From a virus (Duplodnaviria > Caudoviricetes), in the IMG/VR virus record IMGVR_UViG_3300040801_001355, positions 1-64,000 of that record: a stretch of DNA of 64,000 nucleotides. One strand, written 5' to 3'. Position 1 is the stretch's first letter. Every line of letters begins with the position of its first letter. Below are positions 57,554 to 64,000 of this stretch, piece by piece. The translations under genes were made by a program, and so were the position numbers. The notes beneath the pieces are model-generated. The model saw nothing but the letters and a program-made list of their open reading frames with translations. It made no database searches and was not told the origin of the DNA.

Positions 57554-58276
57554 TTAATTACCCCCTGTTGCAATCGATTGAATTTCCTTTAAGATTTTAT
57601 CGTAATTACTTTTATCAACTTCTTTCAATGAAGTCAACCCGTTGTTACCCAATATAGTTAATACACCTTCTTGCGATAAGCCAACCTTCTGCGCCTCAGC
57701 CCATAACGTTGCCCCGAGTGACGCAGTTTTCTTTGCTTGCGCTGTACTTGGGGGGTTCTTAGGAGTAGACTTAGGGGCCGCTTGGGGGGTAGACTTAGGG
57801 GTCTTACGCTTTACAATCTCCTTCTTCCCATCTACATTATCGTCTAAATTATTATTGTCAGGCTCTTCGTTAGGGTTATAATATGGTATGTCAAATATCA
57901 TGCCATATACATAACGTTTTACATAAGTAGACGTCGCGCCAAATCTTTGTACTAAATTTCTTTGTTGCGTGTCTGATGAGATATTGTTAAATACGTAGCT
58001 TAACTGGTCTTCTGGATTATCTGTGCTATAAAATACAACAGTCACATCATAGTCGTCTACAACTCCGTCGCTATTTTTATTACCCTTCATAGAGAAGTGT
58101 GACCATAAGCCATTCTCTACTAATAGTGGATTGAGAGCTTGTTGTATGTCACGTAGCTCTGCATAATTGTATTTTTGGTGTGGGTTTTTACCGTGTTTTT
58201 GCACCCATAACCCATCTTTAACGGCGTTTAATTTTTGATAAATGTTTTCGCCGCTTATTACTTTTTTCGCTGGCAT
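57554..58276 (-). CDS. ERF-family ssDNA annealing protein
   Basis: KYNYAEL..I...LNPLL..NGL, QRFGATSTYVKRY. Confidence 0.85.
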   Translation of the reverse strand: MPAKKVISGENIYQKLNAVKDGLWVQKHGKNPHQKYNYAELRDIQQALNPLLVENGLWSHFSMKGNKNSDGVVDDYDVTVVFYSTDNPEDQLSYVFNNISSDTQQRNLVQRFGATSTYVKRYVYGMIFDIPYYNPNEEPDNNNLDDNVDGKKEIVKRKTPKSTPQAAPKSTPKNPPSTAQAKKTASLGATLWAEAQKVGLSQEGVLTILGNNGLTSLKEVDKSNYDKILKEIQSIATGGN

Positions 58277-58554
58277 AAGTCCTCCGATATAATAAAAAAT
58301 TCAACATCGCCTATAGTTAAAGGCGTGTCGGTTAAATGTTTAAAGTATAACTTTCTTTTAATGCGTGTCGGGATTGTAGCTTCCCAAGCTGTTTGATTCT
58401 TTTGTACGTACGTACCTATCGTATTGAATATAGTGTCGCCCTTCCTTTTGCCAAGGCGTTTGCACTTAATATTGTTACTATCTAAAAAGCGTGATAGTTT
58501 TTTACCGTTTACTATTTGATATTTTGGCGTGTCAATTTTTATTGATGGTTGCAT
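58258..58554 (-). CDS. hypothetical protein
   Basis: ORF tiled into the early operon. Confidence 0.55.
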   Translation of the reverse strand: MQPSIKIDTPKYQIVNGKKLSRFLDSNNIKCKRLGKRKGDTIFNTIGTYVQKNQTAWEATIPTRIKRKLYFKHLTDTPLTIGDVEFFIISEDLCQRKK

Positions 58555-58918
58555 TTCTTCGCTTTATCTCCTTTAAGTGTTTCTCGTGTAAGATGTTTAT
58601 TGCATACGTGATACACGCAACAATACTATATATTATTGTATCCCCATCTAAAAAATAATAGATAAATACCGCGCTAATAAGCGTTGTTGTAACATATAAT
58701 ATCGTAGAGTACCCCAAAAATGTAGCGTATAATAATGACATCATCCATGTAATTGCTACGACGTACTGTATATCAACTGTTATAAAGCTGAATATAACGA
58801 GTGCAAGTAACGAGAAGATTTGGATTGCTCTGTGCCATATACTTTCCGTATCTACATTTAAAGTTAGTGCAAATAGTGGTGGTAAAACTATGGTTAAGAA
58901 TAAGATTTTTATGTCCAT
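58532..58918 (-). CDS. multi-pass membrane protein
   Basis: Four to five hydrophobic segments, basic C-terminus. Confidence 0.65.
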   Translation of the reverse strand: MDIKILFLTIVLPPLFALTLNVDTESIWHRAIQIFSLLALVIFSFITVDIQYVVAITWMMSLLYATFLGYSTILYVTTTLISAVFIYYFLDGDTIIYSIVACITYAINILHEKHLKEIKRRNATINKN

Positions 58919-59541
58919 AATTTACCCTTTAATTTTGCTCGTGCGTTATTTAGTTTCTTTCGTAGTTGCGTCGTGTGTGCGTTCGTGTCAACCAGCAAGA
59001 TGCTAATCAACCTCAATTCTTCCGCCGTTAATTTTACCTCCGCTGTCGGCGCGTCCTTTTTAATTTTTAAAAAATCTTGGTTATTATACGCTGCCTTATA
59101 CGCTAAGGCGTACGATGAGTATGGTTTTATAATCCCGTCAGGTCTTACCGTAACATATATACGTGTTTTGTTGTCTTCTAAATCTTTGTAATATATTTTA
59201 ATATGGTTAAGCTGCTCCTTATACTTATACCCATTAAGTCTATCGTTAACAAATTTATCTGCGTCTGCCACTTTGTCTATATCTATCAGCTCGCTGAGTA
59301 TCATACGGTACTTATCGGGATACAGATACGGATTAATTTGGACGGTCTTATTATCCGAGGAGGACTTCAATAACCCGTATCGTATACCCGCAGCAACAGC
59401 TTGATTTGTAACGCCTAAGTCTTTAGCCAACTGTTCGGGCGGCACAAACGTATCGGTGTTACGTTTACGCTTAGGCGTAGCGCTATGCAATATGAGCCCC
59501 TCATTATTTTTCATCGGATATTTCGTATTGTTCTGCCACAA
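58909..59541 (-). CDS. hypothetical protein, possible DNA-binding
   Basis: LAKDLGVTNQAVAAGIRYG is HTH-like; start uncertain. Confidence 0.5.
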   Translation of the reverse strand: MWQNNTKYPMKNNEGLILHSATPKRKRNTDTFVPPEQLAKDLGVTNQAVAAGIRYGLLKSSSDNKTVQINPYLYPDKYRMILSELIDIDKVADADKFVNDRLNGYKYKEQLNHIKIYYKDLEDNKTRIYVTVRPDGIIKPYSSYALAYKAAYNNQDFLKIKKDAPTAEVKLTAEELRLISILLVDTNAHTTQLRKKLNNARAKLKGKLWT

Positions 59542-60862
59542 TTTCCGCTTCCAACGTAAACAAGTCTTCGACAGTTACAAGGGGTTCGCCACAATCTTCG
59601 CAATACAACAATACTTTCTCCATATCTATGTCGGATATATCGTTATCCTTTTTATCCAATGTGTCAGAGTATAAATCATATGCAAAGTCACGTATCTCAT
59701 ACTTGTTGTATTCAGTATCACAGTGCTTACAGAAGTAAGCGTCGTCGAAGTTTTCGTTTAAAGTTGGTGGTAAAAAACTGTCAACCGCTGCGTCATCTTT
59801 AAATGGAGGCTCATCAAATTGATAGTAATCACCGTAATCATTGTACGAATATATCCCTTCCCACATCTTACCCTTGCCACGATAAGAGTATCGTGGTGCA
59901 GGTTCGCGTTCTACCAATAAATTTTTCCAATTCAATTGAAGCAGAGCGTTAATAAGTGTCGTCATAAACAATATATCTTGCGACTCATTGCGTGAGTGCT
60001 GGTCAAAGTAACCGACACTAATATTTGTGCACTCAGCTATATACGGAGCAAACTCACGTGAGTCTGTGTATACACCTGTTGGGTCAGGCGACATAAAGAC
60101 ACCATACTTTGCAAGTTCATCACTGAGTGACAGAGCGAACGCGTCTGATGCAGTTGTGTAACCCGCTTGTTGCGTGACTATAGAGTCATACCCACGTCTA
60201 TCAAACGATATAACTATATTTATATCCCGCAGTGGGTGGTCGCTGCTATTACCTGTATATGTAGGATACTTAGGGGGCGTGATGGAAAACTCCGTGGACT
60301 CAACCTCTTTATAAACGTACTTATATTTAGGCCACTTATCTTTCTTGCTTTTATCTTCAACACGTACGCTCTCCATTTTGGTGGTAGTTTTTTGTTCACC
60401 GTATTGCGAAGGGTTGCCGCTATATAAATCCAATACGTTCCTATCAAAATCTGTAGCTGATGCGGTCGAACCTTGACACCCACATTCTTCGTCTACAAAA
60501 AATGCGTATATTCCAGGCACATTATTCTTCATCATAAAATCCATTATTGTTATGCCGCTTTTGTCGTCAGCTCCCAACACTTCGCCATGTGTAGCTCGTA
60601 CATATCTGCCATCTGAATCGTGTATGACCTGACGATAATGAGCCGACACATCATCCATGTGTGCAGCGAACATAACGTTGGGCTTGTATCCTATGACACA
60701 ATAAATGTTGCCGCTCTTATCAAAATATTGCTTGGCATCGTAACGTGGTATTTTGTCGTAAAATCTATAGCTCTCTCCCGACGGGATGTTATACTCAGTA
60801 TATTTCAAAAACGTCTTACGTACTTGCGTTGGCGTTACTTTATAAGTTTCCATTTTCTTCAT
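59504..60862 (-). CDS. M28/M20-clan zinc metallopeptidase with C-terminal CxxC pair
   Basis: AHMDDV, GADDKSG, DEECG, SFDRRG, YTDS, NISVGYFDQH; FCKHC and YCEDC. Confidence 0.85.
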   Translation of the reverse strand: MKKMETYKVTPTQVRKTFLKYTEYNIPSGESYRFYDKIPRYDAKQYFDKSGNIYCVIGYKPNVMFAAHMDDVSAHYRQVIHDSDGRYVRATHGEVLGADDKSGITIMDFMMKNNVPGIYAFFVDEECGCQGSTASATDFDRNVLDLYSGNPSQYGEQKTTTKMESVRVEDKSKKDKWPKYKYVYKEVESTEFSITPPKYPTYTGNSSDHPLRDINIVISFDRRGYDSIVTQQAGYTTASDAFALSLSDELAKYGVFMSPDPTGVYTDSREFAPYIAECTNISVGYFDQHSRNESQDILFMTTLINALLQLNWKNLLVEREPAPRYSYRGKGKMWEGIYSYNDYGDYYQFDEPPFKDDAAVDSFLPPTLNENFDDAYFCKHCDTEYNKYEIRDFAYDLYSDTLDKKDNDISDIDMEKVLLYCEDCGEPLVTVEDLFTLEAEIVAEQYEISDEK

Positions 60863-60881
60863 TTAAGACTCCTAAAATTTA

Positions 60882-62561
60882 TTAAAAAGGTATTGGTTCT
60901 GCAGGCTCTTCTGTCGTCTGCTTTACTTCGGGGCGCTGTTTGATAACGTCTTGTATTCTCTTTACAAACTCTGACATTGAAATATCGCGTGTATGTCCTA
61001 TGACTGACACCCTACGAATAATGTCGTTACTTATCTTTACGTCATCGGGGTTTGGGATTTTTATCATAGCTCTCTTGTGATTGTCGTCCCACCCAAAAGC
61101 ATAAGACGGTACGTAAATAAATGGAAATATATTAGATAGTGCATGACGCATAACATAAGCCCACTTTTCTGTCGGCATAAAAGGACGGTGTCTATTCGAT
61201 AAGACGAATACGTCTGTTGTCATAACGTTCTTTCTACCAAGTGTTATATGCCAACCAGCATCACCGTAGCGTTCTAACACTATTGTTGTGTTGTCTAACA
61301 TAACCGCGCTCTCATACCTGATGTCAGATAGTGGGATTGAACAACCAAGATTATCTGTTGACCTATTTTCAGTTGACCCTTGTATCCAGCATAACGCCTT
61401 ATTGGGTTCGCGTTCTAATAATTCCCCTGCTTTTTTCAGCGACAAAATATTGACGTAATTTTTTTGTTGTTCCATTGCGTTATCAATTTGGATTCTTGGC
61501 ATTGCGTTACGCACGTTATCCATATAAGGGAAGTAACCCGTACGTGACACAATATGATAATGGCTATCGTCTGTTAACGGCAGACTGTCACACTCAGCCC
61601 ACTCAACCCACGTAGAACCATAAGTTTTGTCTAAGTATTTCTTAACAACTTGCGTAAGACTCCTTTTGAAAGACTCCTCGTTCTGCGTAGAGTATACTCG
61701 TGGCACATGGTAATGTTTAGCGTCGTGATTAACGTATATTATACCACGTGACACTATTTTATCGCGCACTTTATAGTAACCTATGAATACATTGTCGTGT
61801 AATTTGGAAGAGTAAGCATAACAATCATTTAATATGTTAAGCGGGTTAGGCGATAAGCATGAGTACGGTCCAGGTGAAGCCTCATCATTTGCGTATACTT
61901 CTTCAACGATAGACTTGTAAGTATCAGGATAATTTGACTCATCACACGCTGGCTGAATGACGATTTTGTCAGTTTGCACGAATGTTTCTGCTGCCTTAGT
62001 CGCCACAACTTCTAACGTTGCGCCAGCTACTACATTATACAGTGACTTTAGATATTTAGTCGTAGCTTTGGATTCTATAATTGCATCCGCATCTTTTGTA
62101 TCGCACATCGCATGCCCCCGACTTTTAGTCGTCACATAATTTTGCAACCTTATATTGTCGCTATCTAAATCGGCCTCATTTTCAACGTGTAAGCGTAGAA
62201 TTGGACATATTATTGTATACGTTACGCCACCAATTACAGCCTTATATAAACGCATTTTCTTTAACTCAGTCTTGAGATAGGTTTTAGCGAGACTCCAACT
62301 CTTTCCGTTGTCGTGGGATATATAGACGCCTCTTTCATATAACCCCCATAACGCATCGTTATCAAAAGGTAACTCTATAATGGTAGTAGAAGCGTCTAAT
62401 TTAACATAGTGGTTTTCGTAAACCCTTTCTGTCTCTAATGCAACGTTTGTTGTCAACGCGCTTGTTGTCAACGCATTTATTGCTACGTCTGCTGGGTCTG
62501 TAGAAAGCGACGTAAAATTTTCGCGTTTTATATTTACTGTGTTTAAATCAGTTAATCGCAT
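60882..62561 (-). CDS. unknown enzyme-like protein, SC(L)-RG-PYMD family, with Asp-box
   Basis: GPYSCLS...NVFIGY...IVSRG...FPYMD; YISHDNGKSW; SD ggagg before ATG 62561. Confidence 0.7.
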   Translation of the reverse strand: MRLTDLNTVNIKRENFTSLSTDPADVAINALTTSALTTNVALETERVYENHYVKLDASTTIIELPFDNDALWGLYERGVYISHDNGKSWSLAKTYLKTELKKMRLYKAVIGGVTYTIICPILRLHVENEADLDSDNIRLQNYVTTKSRGHAMCDTKDADAIIESKATTKYLKSLYNVVAGATLEVVATKAAETFVQTDKIVIQPACDESNYPDTYKSIVEEVYANDEASPGPYSCLSPNPLNILNDCYAYSSKLHDNVFIGYYKVRDKIVSRGIIYVNHDAKHYHVPRVYSTQNEESFKRSLTQVVKKYLDKTYGSTWVEWAECDSLPLTDDSHYHIVSRTGYFPYMDNVRNAMPRIQIDNAMEQQKNYVNILSLKKAGELLEREPNKALCWIQGSTENRSTDNLGCSIPLSDIRYESAVMLDNTTIVLERYGDAGWHITLGRKNVMTTDVFVLSNRHRPFMPTEKWAYVMRHALSNIFPFIYVPSYAFGWDDNHKRAMIKIPNPDDVKISNDIIRRVSVIGHTRDISMSEFVKRIQDVIKQRPEVKQTTEEPAEPIPF

Positions 62562-63697
62562 TCTTCCTCCCAGCCCCACGTGCCATCAGCCTGCGGCTCC
62601 CAAGTCGCATAGTTTGCTGAAACGTAGTCTCCGTTTATTGTAATAACGTCAAAATCTTTACTGCCATATAACGCGGTTAATCCATGTGAATCTGTATCTG
62701 TATATGCCTCAGTATCGTATATCAACTCTTTACTCCCGCCTAACACTAAGCAGCTTGATGCTTCTTCAATACGTGCAAATCCGTCGATATAAGGGACGAT
62801 GTATTCTCCGCAACAACCAGGATTAGGGGCGACTTTAACGCTTATTGTTTTCTCGTAATCTTCATTAAAAGTGTGCACGCTTACTACTGCGTCAGCATCT
62901 ACAAAATATTCTTTAAGTTTATTCATCGCTAACTTTCTAAATATGTTGTTGTTTACTTGTGCATATGTGTCATTCAAAACAACTACTTTTTCATCGTCAG
63001 TTATAAATGCTAAGCCTCTCGCAACAATGGTATCGCTGCTATTAACTGCGTAAACTATAAACACATTGCCCTTTTCTTTAGAAGAATGTGCATAAAACGT
63101 ATTCAATACGTTACTTATGTTGTTCGACATACATGAACGCGGCCCCTCTTTATACACTTGTTCTATGATGGTTTCGTGTAAATTTGTCGTTGGTTCTGCG
63201 TGTGCAGGTTCAATGTAAATGTCCCAATCCATTTGACGTTTAATTTCATCTTTAATAGCGCCAAATATATCAGCGTATATTTCAAACCACTGTTGTTTGT
63301 TTAAAGTAACGTTGTCATAATATTTTACTGACCTTTTTGCGAGTTCACGCAAGGTTTTACGTAAAGCCTCACCTCCAATCAAAACTAACTTACCGTTTTC
63401 ATAGGCCATCGTCATAGCGCCAATGCGTGAGTATACGTAGTGACTTTTACGTAACATACGTCTGACACTGTATTTAGAGTTAGTTACTACGTGTTCTTCA
63501 TCAATTCTATTCCCTAAAGAATCTACTTGTATTATTGCGTCTTTTAGAATTACGTATGCTCTATGAAACGCGTGGTATATAGGTGACTTATTAGTGTAGG
63601 GTATTTGAATGTTGTATGTTGTATCGTCATGTGGAATGTTCACATGAAATGTACCTATCTCTACTTCGCGTGTTTCTGTCGAGTTATGCCGCGGCAT
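62552..63697 (-). CDS. unknown enzyme-like protein, paralog of the adjacent gene
   Basis: GPRSCMS...NVFIVY...IVARG...VPYID. Confidence 0.7.
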   Translation of the reverse strand: MPRHNSTETREVEIGTFHVNIPHDDTTYNIQIPYTNKSPIYHAFHRAYVILKDAIIQVDSLGNRIDEEHVVTNSKYSVRRMLRKSHYVYSRIGAMTMAYENGKLVLIGGEALRKTLRELAKRSVKYYDNVTLNKQQWFEIYADIFGAIKDEIKRQMDWDIYIEPAHAEPTTNLHETIIEQVYKEGPRSCMSNNISNVLNTFYAHSSKEKGNVFIVYAVNSSDTIVARGLAFITDDEKVVVLNDTYAQVNNNIFRKLAMNKLKEYFVDADAVVSVHTFNEDYEKTISVKVAPNPGCCGEYIVPYIDGFARIEEASSCLVLGGSKELIYDTEAYTDTDSHGLTALYGSKDFDVITINGDYVSANYATWEPQADGTWGWEEECD

Positions 63698-63983
63698 TAT
63701 TGACCTCCATTAAATTTAGTTGTCCTTGTGCGTTAGTTTTTGTGTATCCTTTTACAAAATACTTTATATCGTCGTGTATTATTTCGCCCCAATCGTATTT
63801 AACTCCGCTTTTGTGTCCTAATTCAAAGTGCTCCATGAAAGAACCGTCTATTAAAGAGTGAAGCGGGACAAATTTAACGACTTCAAATATCCTGTCGTCA
63901 TCGTATGCCAGGGCTTTAATAGGCACGTCAAGCGTTAAAAATTCTGACTGTGTAAAACCCCAAGGTTCAGAGGGCTTACGCAC
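63684..63983 (-). CDS. hypothetical protein (start near the window edge, uncertain)
   Basis: SD ggagg for the next gene lies in its 3' end; GTG start. Confidence 0.55.
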   Translation of the reverse strand: MRKPSEPWGFTQSEFLTLDVPIKALAYDDDRIFEVVKFVPLHSLIDGSFMEHFELGHKSGVKYDWGEIIHDDIKYFVKGYTKTNAQGQLNLMEVNNAAA

Positions 63984-64000
63984 TAAGCATAATTTGCCAC

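Noticed and set aside
57766-57803. Direct repeat gtagacttagggg x2
   Set aside because: It simply encodes the PKST linker repeats of the ERF protein.

Overview
The window is most of the genome of a tailed dsDNA phage with podovirus-like architecture, and I see no host chromosomal genes. On the + strand the order is: replication (lambda-O-like initiator, DnaB helicase, DnaQ-like exonuclease, MazG-HAD fusion, VRR-NUC); packaging and head (TerS, TerL carrying a LAGLIDADG intein, P22-like portal, scaffold, capsid); five tandem tail ring/adaptor paralogs; a lytic transglycosylase; a 1708-aa nozzle-like protein; a short fibre plus a 5x43-aa repeat protein; a 2251-aa Gly-X-Ser collagen-like fibre followed by methyltransferase/glycosyltransferase genes; a holin/CHAP/u-spanin lysis cassette; and large ejection proteins. 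A small inverted island (tRNA-CAT plus a restriction-like nuclease) lies between replication and packaging. A minus-strand early arm at the right end carries an HTH regulator, C5 MTase, SSB, YqaJ, ERF, an M28-like peptidase and two paralogous unknown enzymes. Nine promoters share TTG-N20-TAnnTT(T/C)G, the Bacteroidota/FCB sigma-70 type, yet genes have strong Shine-Dalgarno sites. Best candidate novel systems: (1) a phage-encoded glycosylation/methylation module next to a Ser-rich collagen fibre; (2) the early SC(M/L)-RG-PY(M/I)D paralog pair plus peptidase; (3) a restriction-like nuclease together with apparent GATC/CCGG depletion; (4) a Val-initiated class 3 intein; (5) a perfectly symmetric bidirectional promoter. 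All family calls come from motif recognition by eye; no searches were run.
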